The notes under the pieces were generated by a model. The model was not told the origin of the DNA. It did no database searches and was given only the letters and a program-made list of their open reading frames with translations. A DNA stretch of 26,079 nucleotides from a virus (lineage: Duplodnaviria; Caudoviricetes): IMG/VR virus record IMGVR_UViG_3300042922_001138, positions 1 through 26,079 of that record, one strand, 5' to 3'. This document shows positions 1-7,041 of the stretch, in pieces; positions within the stretch are counted from its first letter, which is position 1, and each line of letters starts with the position of its first letter. Made by a program: the position numbers and the translations under genes.

Positions 1-116
1 CGCCGACGGCCGACATCGTGCACCTCGACTCGAGGCGCAATGTCGTAGACCCCGCAGAGGATGACCTGGATGCCGTCGCGCGTGCGACGGACCCGGACCG
101 TGGGGAGGACCAGTGA
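1..116 (+). CDS. C-terminal fragment of probable immunity repressor (ImmR-like), 5'-truncated
   Basis: Frame from nt 3 reads PTADIVHLDSRRNVVDPAEDDLDAVARATDPDRGEDQ* with TGA at 114-116 overlapping the ImmA start (GTGA). Repressor identity is inferred only from its position upstream of immA-int. Confidence 0.5.
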   Translation, partial: PTADIVHLDSRRNVVDPAEDDLDAVARATDPDRGEDQ

Positions 117-568
117 CGATCGACATCCAGCTTGAGGAGATGGTCACCGCGCTCGGCCTCCGGATCGAGTACGCGGCGCTCCCCCCTGACCGCGACGGCG
201 AGTACCGCCCGAAGCACCGCGTCATCCGGCTGCGTCGCGGCATGCCGTCACGCCTCCACCGCAGCGTGCTCGCGCACGAGCTGGCGCACGCCGTGTTCGG
301 TGACGAGCCGACTCACTTCGGGCCGCGTCACGCGAAGCAGGAGCGTCGTGCCGACGAGTGGGCAGCGCTCCGCCTCATCTCACACGAGGACTACATGCAC
401 GCCGAGGCCGTCCGCGACGGGCACCCCGGAGCGATCGCGGTCGACCTCGGCGTCGTCCGCAGCATCGTCGAGGCGTACCAGCGCATCCTGCTCCGCGTCG
501 AGAACACCGTCTACGTGCAGCCGAAGATGGGCGCCGGCATGTGGGCGCACCGCGTGGACGTGGCCTAA
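113..568 (+). CDS. immA: ImmA/IrrE-family metallo-endopeptidase (anti-repressor protease)
   Basis: HELAH zinc motif, downstream E-R-R-A-D-x-W-A motif, GGAGG SD at about 103-107, adjacent to integrase. Confidence 0.9.
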   Translation: MTIDIQLEEMVTALGLRIEYAALPPDRDGEYRPKHRVIRLRRGMPSRLHRSVLAHELAHAVFGDEPTHFGPRHAKQERRADEWAALRLISHEDYMHAEAVRDGHPGAIAVDLGVVRSIVEAYQRILLRVENTVYVQPKMGAGMWAHRVDVA

Positions 569-1698
569 TGCCTCGGCCTCCGCTGCTCATCGGGACGTGG
601 GGGAAGATCCGCCGGGCGACGATCGACGGACAGCCGATGGCGTTCGCGAACTACCGGGACTCGTCCGGGCGCACGCGGCCGATGCAACGGAACGGGCGGA
701 CGGAGGCGGAGGCAGAACGGAACCTCGTCGCGGCGCTCAAGGCGAAGCTCGACGACGAGTCGAGTGACCTGCTGGCCGCGTCGTCCACGATCGCGGACCT
801 CGCGGACAAGTGGCTCGACGAGCTGCGCCTGCAGAGCACCCCGCAGGGCACGCTCGTGACCTATCGGTCGGCGATCGAGGCGAACATCAAGCCGGGGATC
901 GGCGCCCTTCGGCTGTCCGAGGCGAGCGTGCCGCGGGTCGACCGGTTCCTCAAGGGGATGCTCGACCGGCCGAGCGCGGCGCGCACCGCGCGGGTCGTGC
1001 TCGCCGGCATGTTCAAGCTCGCTGTCCGGCACGGCGCCGTCGGCCGCAACCCCGTGCCTGACACGATGCCCATCGCCGCGAAGAAGCGCGTCGTGAAGGC
1101 GAAGACCCTCGAGCACATCCACGGGATGCGCGAGCGGTTCGCCGAGTACGACCGGTCGCACGTGTCCGAGTTGTGGGAGCTGTCCGGCATGCTCATGGGC
1201 ACCGGATGCCGCATCGGCGAAGGCCTCGCGCTGCGCTGGGATCAGGACCTGCAGCTCGACACCGGCATCGTCGACATCGCGGGGACGCTCGTCGTCGGCG
1301 AGGACGGGAAGCTGCACTGGCAGCCGCACCCGAAGTCGGACGCGGGCGAGCGCAGCCTCACCCTTCCTGCCACGATGCGCGGGCTCCTCGTCGAGCGTCG
1401 CGTGAACGCGATGTACGAGCCCGTGTTCCCGTCGGCGACGGGCACGTGGCGCTGGCCTGCGAACACTCGTCGGCAGTGGCGCGCCGCGCTCGAGGGGTCG
1501 ATCTACGCGGGCACGACGCCGAAGGACTTCCGTCGCGCGGTCGCGACTCACCTCGACCGACAGGTCGGCGTGAAGGCTGCTCAGCAGCAGCTCGGTCACG
1601 GCAACGAGGACGTGACGATCGAGTTCTACATCGAGCGTCAGCGCGAGGTTGCGGACTTCGCCGAAGTCATCGACACCATGTTCCAATTCGCAGGGTAA
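568..1698 (+). CDS. int: Tyrosine integrase (376 aa)
   Basis: GCRIGE (Arg), HPKS (Lys), KDFRR (HxxR position), LGH and FY catalytic motifs. ATG at 568 overlaps the immA stop (TAATG) and is preferred to the longer 358 start. Confidence 0.93.
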   Translation: MPRPPLLIGTWGKIRRATIDGQPMAFANYRDSSGRTRPMQRNGRTEAEAERNLVAALKAKLDDESSDLLAASSTIADLADKWLDELRLQSTPQGTLVTYRSAIEANIKPGIGALRLSEASVPRVDRFLKGMLDRPSAARTARVVLAGMFKLAVRHGAVGRNPVPDTMPIAAKKRVVKAKTLEHIHGMRERFAEYDRSHVSELWELSGMLMGTGCRIGEGLALRWDQDLQLDTGIVDIAGTLVVGEDGKLHWQPHPKSDAGERSLTLPATMRGLLVERRVNAMYEPVFPSATGTWRWPANTRRQWRAALEGSIYAGTTPKDFRRAVATHLDRQVGVKAAQQQLGHGNEDVTIEFYIERQREVADFAEVIDTMFQFAG

Positions 1699-1758
1699 AG
1701 ACCGGATCTCCCTCGACCGCTGACTCCCCGCTTGCGTGCGACTGCCCCGTAAACGCAG

Positions 1759-1794
1759 AAAAGCCCCGACAGATGGCGAGATCTGTCGGGGCTT
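1759..1794 (-). terminator. Intrinsic terminator downstream of the tRNA fragment (possibly bidirectional, also closing int)
   Basis: Perfect 14-bp stem AAGCCCCGACAGAT / ATCTGTCGGGGCTT with a 6-nt loop; TTTT tract on the minus strand. Confidence 0.8.
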
Positions 1795-1798
1795 ATCC

Positions 1799-1833
1799 GT
1801 GCACCCCCTGGGACTTGAACCCAGAACCCACTG
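1799..1833 (-). other. attP: attP common core: 3' half of a tRNA (probably tRNA-Lys)
   Basis: Minus strand reads CAGTGGGTT-CTGGG-TTCAAGT-CCCAG-GGGGTGC-AC: variable loop, T-arm and acceptor 3' strand, with no 5' half; 100 bp downstream of int. The Lys assignment rests on recalled actinobacterial tRNA-Lys sequences. Confidence 0.85.
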
Positions 1834-1984
1834 GTAAAGGGTTCGGTTCGGGGTGAGTTGGGTCGTGGGGGTGACGGGCGGGTTTCACGCGTAACGATGC
1901 GGTTCGGTTCGGTGCCTAGTTGGGTTGGGTCGTGGGCGGGTGTGACTAAAAACACCGAGTAAATCGAGGATCGCGGCGCCTCTG

Positions 1985-2416
1985 CTAATCGCCGATGTGG
2001 CGAGTAGTCCCACCCATCTCGGCTGCGACCGATGCGGCATCAGCTCCGTTGACGATCCAGTCCGAGCCGACCGCGACATCGTGGGGCGAGGGATTCGTGT
2101 CCTGCAGACCTTCGAGCACGAAGATCGCGGCATCCCGCGCTGTCTCGTTCTCGTACGTCGTGAGCAGCGCGCCTCCGTCACAGTCCCCCGCCTCCTCCGC
2201 CACCGTGACGTCCCGGGGCGTGATCTCCTCGCACTCCCCACCGGCTGCGATGTACATGGCGCGGAGGTCTTCGAGCGTTGTCCCGGTCGGCGTTGAGACC
2301 GGCTCCCGCAGCTCCGTCGGCATCTCCGTGATCTCGGGCGCCGGTCCCGCGGTCGCGCATCCGGACAGAGCGATCATGACCGCGGCGATGAGCGCCGTTC
2401 CCGCGAGCTTCTTCAC
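1985..2416 (-). CDS. Lipoprotein of unknown function (candidate superinfection-exclusion moron)
   Basis: MKK, hydrophobic stretch and LSGC lipobox; two further Cys; TATGCT -10 box 6 nt before the GTG. Confidence 0.75.
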   Translation of the reverse strand: MKKLAGTALIAAVMIALSGCATAGPAPEITEMPTELREPVSTPTGTTLEDLRAMYIAAGGECEEITPRDVTVAEEAGDCDGGALLTTYENETARDAAIFVLEGLQDTNPSPHDVAVGSDWIVNGADAASVAAEMGGTTRHIGD

Positions 2417-2438
2417 GCGCCGAGCATAACCGCGCGGG

Positions 2439-2672
2439 TCAGCTCGCTTGGCGCCGCCGTGCCCGCTCAGCTCGGCGCTCGTCTCGGATGCGCCGGAGCC
2501 GGCGGACGAGCATCGGGTTCAGCTCGAGCGCCTCGCGGGTGTCGATCGTGCGAGCGAGGAGCTGGTAGTAGCGAGACGGCGTCTCCCCCAGCTCGCGACG
2601 GATCGCCTCCTCCTTGTCCCCCGTGTGCTCGCCCCAGCGCTCCTCGAACGCGAGGAGGTCGGAGACGGTCAC
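2439..2672 (-). CDS. DUF3263-domain protein (77 aa)
   Basis: LLAFEERW..KEEAIRRELG.TPSRYYQLL...ID..EAL..NPMLVRRLRRIR matches the DUF3263 pattern. GTG at 2672 overlaps the upstream stop (GTGA). Confidence 0.85.
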   Translation of the reverse strand: MTVSDLLAFEERWGEHTGDKEEAIRRELGETPSRYYQLLARTIDTREALELNPMLVRRLRRIRDERRAERARRRQAS

Positions 2673-2836
2673 GGGCGCCGACGGCGACGCTTCGGGCTCG
2701 CTTTCAGAACGAGTGCGCCGACGAAGGCGGCGGCAATCCCGAGCCACGGCAGAGGGTTCGCGGCGATGCTCGTCCACAGCGCGTCGAGACTCAGCAGAGC
2801 GCCCTGCAGGAAGTAGGGCAGGAAGTCGTTCGTCAT
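2669..2836 (-). CDS. Small membrane protein (55 aa), absent from the ORF track
   Basis: MTNDFLPYFLQGALLSLDALWTSIAANPLPWLGIAAAFVGALVLKASPKRRRRRP*: hydrophobic helix and polybasic tail; stop coupled to the DUF3263 start; CAGAAT 6 nt upstream. Confidence 0.7.
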   Translation of the reverse strand: MTNDFLPYFLQGALLSLDALWTSIAANPLPWLGIAAAFVGALVLKASPKRRRRRP

Positions 2837-2883
2837 GTGCACATTCTGGACGAGGCCGTCGACATCGCCGCTACGCTGCCGCG

Positions 2884-3057
2884 ATGGACACCATCACGCC
2901 GCCGGAACTCGCCGACGAACTCGGCCACATCGAGACCCGCCGTGGACGCAAGATCCGCGCATACCTCCGTACGAAGTACCCCGATCACCCGAAGGGTGAC
3001 TGGTGGATGCTCACCCCCGACCAGGCCGATGATGTCCGGGCGCACTTCTCCTCCTGA
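2884..3057 (+). CDS. Small HTH-like DNA-binding protein (57 aa), possible excisionase/RDF
   Basis: MDTITPPELADELG...GRKIRAYLR...WWMLTPDQADDV resembles small phage winged-helix proteins; TACGCT -10 box 6 nt before the ATG. Confidence 0.65.
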   Translation: MDTITPPELADELGHIETRRGRKIRAYLRTKYPDHPKGDWWMLTPDQADDVRAHFSS

Positions 3058-3187
3058 CCCGCTCGACGCGGTCGCGCAGCCACCCTGTCCCGAGTGCGGG
3101 ACGGTGCTGCGTGACGATCCCCGCGGGCTCGAGTGCTGCACCTGCGGCGTGCTGTTCCTCCGCGACGGCACCCGCGTCACCCGCTGA
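3032..3187 (+). CDS. Putative small zinc-ribbon protein (51 aa)
   Basis: CPEC...CCTC knuckle pair; ATG at 3029 or 3032 overlaps the end of the upstream gene, so the start is uncertain. Confidence 0.45.
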   Translation: MSGRTSPPDPLDAVAQPPCPECGTVLRDDPRGLECCTCGVLFLRDGTRVTR

Positions 3188-3218
3188 GGCCAGTCGCCGT
3201 CGGCGGTCAGTCGTACGA

Positions 3219-3234
3219 TCGAACCCATGTTCAT
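3219..3234. promoter_or_regulatory. Candidate LexA (SOS) box overlapping a leaderless start
   Basis: TCGAAC-CCAT-GTTCAT versus the actinobacterial consensus TCGAAC-N4-GTTCGA; directly after the TACGAT -10 box (3214-3219). Confidence 0.5.
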
Positions 3235-3496
3235 CGGACTGATCCGCCCCGTCGAGAAGCAGACCCGCGAGGTTCGAGGCGAGGGCATCGCCGCCATCCA
3301 CGAGCAGCTCGAGGCGCCTGCCGGATGGGAGCTGACGCAGGCACACATGGGACGCCAGCCCGGGACGACGGAGTTCTTCACGGTCGGACAGTTCGCGCGA
3401 CGTGACGAGCCGACCGAGATCGAAGCCGACGACCGCGAGGCCCTGCGCGCGAAGGTCCCCGAGGGCCACGAGCTGCTCGCCATCATCCAGCGATGA
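3227..3496 (+). CDS. Hypothetical protein (89 aa)
   Basis: Phage-like GC-ending codons, -10 box 7 nt upstream, ATGA coupling to the next gene. Confidence 0.8.
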   Translation: MFIGLIRPVEKQTREVRGEGIAAIHEQLEAPAGWELTQAHMGRQPGTTEFFTVGQFARRDEPTEIEADDREALRAKVPEGHELLAIIQR

Positions 3497-3813
3497 CCGT
3501 CCTGCACCCCGACGTCCTGCTGAGCATCTCGCTCAGCGCCGCGATGAGCCGGAACCAGTACACGGCCGACCCGCAGCCGATCATCGACGAGCTGCGCCAG
3601 CTCGGCGGCGGGCGCCCCGACATCCTCCTGCCCGACGTCGGCCGATGGATCGGGTACCACGGGATCCCGGAGAACGCGGCCCTCACGTCCGCGCTGCTCG
3701 AGGCGTTCCCCGGCGCGGTGCCGTTCATCGCCGAGGGACAGCGGACCCGCGACCGTGGCTCGCACAGCACCCCGCGCGTGAACGACGAAAAGCCCCCGAC
3801 CGCCTCGAGATGA
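3493..3813 (+). CDS. Hypothetical protein (106 aa)
   Basis: ATGA overlap with the upstream gene; GC-ending codon bias. Confidence 0.78.
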   Translation: MTVLHPDVLLSISLSAAMSRNQYTADPQPIIDELRQLGGGRPDILLPDVGRWIGYHGIPENAALTSALLEAFPGAVPFIAEGQRTRDRGSHSTPRVNDEKPPTASR

Positions 3814-3827
3814 GGCAGCCGGGGGCT
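3781..3827 (-). terminator. Intrinsic terminator for leftward (minus-strand) transcription
   Basis: Minus strand AGCCCCCGGCTGCCTC-ATCTC-GAGGCGGTCGGGGGCT followed by TTTCGTCGTT: a 16-bp stem whose two G-U pairs would be A-C mismatches on the plus strand. Confidence 0.8.
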
Positions 3828-3945
3828 GAGAGTATTTCCTGCTTTGGGTATCGACGCGGGATGACCTTCGCGCATGAGAAGGTGTGTCGAACACGTTTCG
3901 CGCAAGTTTCTTGCGGGCGACAGGACCAGTCGAGTTGGAGATACC

Positions 3946-5049
3946 GTGACCAAGCTGTCCCTATCGGTGCGACCCCTGCCGGACGGAGTCGAAGCCAAGA
4001 TCGGCGGGCTGGGCAGCACCAGCGACTCGATTCGCTTCACGTCGACCACTCACGTCCTGTCCGCGGAGCCCACTGCCTGGCTTCCGGTTGCGACCCTCAC
4101 AGCGATGTCAGCGGCCGCGCCTGTCGAGATCGCAGGCCGCGTCGACTCGATCGCGCTCGACGGGGCCCGGCGGGCACAGCGCCTGCTGGCGGGCTGGCAC
4201 CGTGACATGCGACCTGTCGCAGTATCCGCCGGCGAGGTGTACGCGCCTTCAGTTGGGACGGGTCGCGGTACCGGGGTGTTCTTCAGCGGCGGCGTTGACT
4301 CGTTCTATTCAGCAGTCGCGTCAGGCGAGGAAATCTCCCACGCGATCTTCGTCACCGGTTTCGACGTGGACCCGGGAGACGCAGAGCTGGCAGAGGCAGC
4401 GCGGGCCGGCGCGCGCGATGCCGCGACGGAGATGGGTCTGACGTTCGTAGAAGTCACGACCAATGTCAGGACGGTCACAGATCCCCTCGGCGACTGGGGC
4501 GTCAAATTTCACGGCGCTGCTCTAGCCACCGTGGCACTGCTGCTCTCCGACACTGTGCATAGGGTTGTTGTGCCGGCCAGCTATCACACCACCGAACTGT
4601 TCGCGTGGGGGTCACACCCCGAACTCGACCCACTTTGGAGCTCAACCACGGTTCAGCTCCGCCATCACGGAGAAGACGCCACACGACCGGAGAAGGTCCA
4701 GTTCATCGCGAGCAACGCGTCCGCGATGAGGCACCTGCGGGTGTGCTGGGAGAACCGGCACGGACGGTACAACTGCGGCGAGTGCGAGAAATGCATCCGC
4801 ACGATGATCAATCTCCGCGCTGCCGGGGCGCTGGGGCGTTGCCAGACACTGCCGGACTCGATCGACATTCGCGTCCTCGACGGCTACCGGTCGGGTCACG
4901 GTTCGGCTCTATTCGCTCAGCAAAATCTCGAAGCGCTCCGCAATAACGGAGTCGACGACGTCGAACTTACGCGGGCGCTGCGTCGTATCGTCCGGCGCGC
5001 ACCGCTCTGGGATGCCGCCAGGAAGGCGAGACGCCTGATCCGCCGCTAG
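3946..5049 (+). CDS. QueC-like PP-loop ATP pyrophosphatase (adenine-nucleotide alpha-hydrolase superfamily), 367 aa
   Basis: FFSGGVDS PP-loop, WGSHPELDPLWS block and C-x9-CGECEKC zinc motif. GGAG SD before GTG 3946 (ORF is open from 3874). Confidence 0.8.
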   Translation: MTKLSLSVRPLPDGVEAKIGGLGSTSDSIRFTSTTHVLSAEPTAWLPVATLTAMSAAAPVEIAGRVDSIALDGARRAQRLLAGWHRDMRPVAVSAGEVYAPSVGTGRGTGVFFSGGVDSFYSAVASGEEISHAIFVTGFDVDPGDAELAEAARAGARDAATEMGLTFVEVTTNVRTVTDPLGDWGVKFHGAALATVALLLSDTVHRVVVPASYHTTELFAWGSHPELDPLWSSTTVQLRHHGEDATRPEKVQFIASNASAMRHLRVCWENRHGRYNCGECEKCIRTMINLRAAGALGRCQTLPDSIDIRVLDGYRSGHGSALFAQQNLEALRNNGVDDVELTRALRRIVRRAPLWDAARKARRLIRR

Positions 5050-5175
5050 CGCAGCGCAGTAGCGAGAGGGAGCGGACAAGACCCGCAGAACCGCGATGAG
5101 GCCGGCACGTTACGATTCGACGCAAGGGTCGCGGATCGCTTGGTGCGCACCTTGGACTGCCAGTACATTTCTGGC

Positions 5176-5430
5176 ATGCCCGAAGCACCCGTGACGATCC
5201 GCGACGTCTACCAAGCGATTCGCAGTCAGCTGCCTGAAGGAAGCCACATCGCGCGTGAACTCATCGAAGGATTGATGCCGTGCGCAGACGAACCGAATAC
5301 CGTCCGCGTCAACGCTTCGATCCAGCTTCTCGTCCAAGCGATAGTGCGTCTAGACGAAGTTGTCAGCGCCGCGGTCAGCTACGAGCTGGGACCCAACGAG
5401 CCCGCTGGCGAAGCGACGAGGCGGCCGTAG
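5176..5430 (+). CDS. Hypothetical protein (84 aa)
   Basis: TACATT -10 box 6 nt before ATG 5176; fills the gap in the cassette; no recognisable motif. Confidence 0.55.
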   Translation: MPEAPVTIRDVYQAIRSQLPEGSHIARELIEGLMPCADEPNTVRVNASIQLLVQAIVRLDEVVSAAVSYELGPNEPAGEATRRP

Positions 5431-5452
5431 CCGTCACGTAGAATCCGTCAAC

Positions 5453-5644
5453 ATGGGACGACGTCAACTACAGGTCCTCGGGGTATGCCTCATCATCCTG
5501 GGCGCCGCTGGGGCAGCAGCCGTCGTCGTCCTATCCGGCGGATGGGACGAGGGCGGGATGGGTAGCAACATCGCTACCGCTGGTGGCGCGTTACCGGCGG
5601 TATTCGGCGCCATGCTCCTGTGGCACACGCGCGAGACGTCCTGA
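5453..5644 (+). CDS. Small two-TM membrane peptide (63 aa)
   Basis: Two hydrophobic segments; TAGAAT at 5439-5444; the TGA overlaps the next ATG (TGATG). Confidence 0.65.
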   Translation: MGRRQLQVLGVCLIILGAAGAAAVVVLSGGWDEGGMGSNIATAGGALPAVFGAMLLWHTRETS

Positions 5645-7041
5645 TGCTCGAACCCCGTCGCAGCACATATGTCCCAACCCTGATCGCGGGAGCGAGTGCG
5701 GTCGCCCTTGTTCTCTTCGGAACGCGGTGGGGCAGCTACATCGGCGTAGCTCCGCTGTTCCTCACCGACATCCTGCTGGGGGCCGCCACGGTCCACTACC
5801 TGCTCGGGATGTGGCGCGCACCGCGACCAGCTCTTGGTATCGCTCGGCTGCCGATCCTAATTCTGGCGTGCTCGGTATGGGTGATCGCACGTTTTGTGCT
5901 GGGCGCCAACCTCGGGTTCGAAGCTATCCGCGACTTCGCGCCTTACCTCTATATCGCCGTCGCGATACTCGGATGGCACGCTGCGATGCGCGCAACGGAA
6001 GCAGAGAAGTCGCGCACGGTCAAGCTGCTCACATGGGCACTCGCACTGCACGCCGCCTGGTACACCGCCCAGGCGCTAGTGCCCACGCTCCCGCTCCTGC
6101 TGCCTCAACTATCAGCCGCGCAGGACCTCCACGTCTTCTCCCCACGGCCCGACGTCGACTGCGCCCTCATCGGGGTCCTCGCCGGTCTACTTCTCACCCG
6201 CGCTCTGGAGGCGCGCCGATGGCGCTTCCTTAACCTTCTTGGCTTCGCCGCATGCTGGGGAGCCATTCTCTTGTCGATGACTCGCGCAGGCGTGCTGGGA
6301 GCGGCAACCGCGACAGCACTCGCCATCGTGCTCGTGCTCGCAGGCTCGAAGGCTGGCAAGTCACGAAAGCTCGAACTCGTCTCCGTCGCACCACTGATCC
6401 TGGTCGCCTTCATCGCGATCGTCCCCACCACCGACGTTGGGACTAAATTCCTAGCCACGCTTGACCCCAGCCTTGCCGCATCGAGCACCGTCGCCGAAGG
6501 GGCAGCGGGAACCACTCGCGCTCGCTCGAACGCCTGGGATGCTGTCGCGGAGTGGACGCTCAACGATCCACAGCGCGCGATCGTCGGCGTCGGCTTCGGG
6601 CCGAACTTCCTTGTGGATTCAGGTGCCAGTATCCTCCTCGTCAGCAACGCGGAGGGTGGGGAAGACGTCCCACGGTCTCCTCACAATTTCTGGATCGGGA
6701 CCTTTGCGCGTCTGGGCGCTGTCGGCCTCGCTCTCGTCGGGGCCGCGGTCGTCATGGCGCTAGGCCGGACGTGGCGTTCGCGCCGGGTCCTGACTTCGGA
6801 CCCGCTCGCGCTGCTCACCGCCCTCATACCTGCCGCGTTGTTGATTCCAGCCACCTTCGGGGTGGTTCTCGAATCACCGTTCGCTGCTGTCCCGTTCTGG
6901 TGGTCGATCGGCGTATCTCTTGCCCTGTACCAGCGGCGTGCGGGGACGGCCGACTTCGGTCGTGCAATCCCCGCACGCATCAGTCGCGCCCGATCTCAAA
7001 GGCCCGTCAGTCGCGTCGCGACGAGGGCCGCAAGCTCGTAA
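5644..7041 (+). CDS. O-antigen ligase / Wzy_C-family polytopic glycosyltransferase (465 aa)
   Basis: Many TM segments; SMTRAG, GTTRARSNAW, GVGFG and SPHNFWIGTFARLGAVGL motifs typical of WaaL/Wzy_C. Confidence 0.88.
   Translation: MLEPRRSTYVPTLIAGASAVALVLFGTRWGSYIGVAPLFLTDILLGAATVHYLLGMWRAPRPALGIARLPILILACSVWVIARFVLGANLGFEAIRDFAPYLYIAVAILGWHAAMRATEAEKSRTVKLLTWALALHAAWYTAQALVPTLPLLLPQLSAAQDLHVFSPRPDVDCALIGVLAGLLLTRALEARRWRFLNLLGFAACWGAILLSMTRAGVLGAATATALAIVLVLAGSKAGKSRKLELVSVAPLILVAFIAIVPTTDVGTKFLATLDPSLAASSTVAEGAAGTTRARSNAWDAVAEWTLNDPQRAIVGVGFGPNFLVDSGASILLVSNAEGGEDVPRSPHNFWIGTFARLGAVGLALVGAAVVMALGRTWRSRRVLTSDPLALLTALIPAALLIPATFGVVLESPFAAVPFWWSIGVSLALYQRRAGTADFGRAIPARISRARSQRPVSRVATRAASS

Larger units (their letters stand above)
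1695..1972. repeat. attP arm region with direct repeats
   Basis: GTAAA-N4-GGATC at 1695-1708 and 1959-1972 flank the core. GGTTCGGTTCGG occurs at 1840-1851 and 1901-1912, and GTTGGGTCGTGGG at 1857-1869 and 1924-1936. Confidence 0.55.

Noticed and set aside
358-567. N-terminal extension of the integrase; similar over-long starts at 2777, 2614, 5360, 5620, 10754 and 19461
   Set aside because: They overlap upstream genes; coupled, SD-led or leaderless downstream starts fit better.
1516-1536. Integrase inactivation by KDFR in place of HxxR
   Set aside because: This His is the most variable catalytic position in tyrosine recombinases, and the other residues and attP are intact.
565-1686. 373-aa minus-strand ORF
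   Set aside because: Antisense shadow of the integrase caused by high GC3.
1799-1875. Complete tRNA gene
   Set aside because: Only the variable loop, T-arm and acceptor 3' strand are present; no D-arm or 5' acceptor strand.
1840-1946. CRISPR-like array
   Set aside because: Only two imperfect copies, no regular spacers and no cas genes.
2833-3894. 353-aa minus-strand ORF
   Set aside because: Overlaps four better-supported plus-strand genes and has no recognisable domain.
3887-3900. Second SOS-like box TCGAAC-ACG-TTTCG upstream of the PP-loop gene
   Set aside because: The spacer is 3 nt rather than 4 and the right half is degenerate.
3946-5049. True queC of a 7-deazaguanine DNA-modification, QatABCD or CBASS system
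   Set aside because: No partner genes in the window and the neighbours are glycan-related; not excluded for the rest of the genome.
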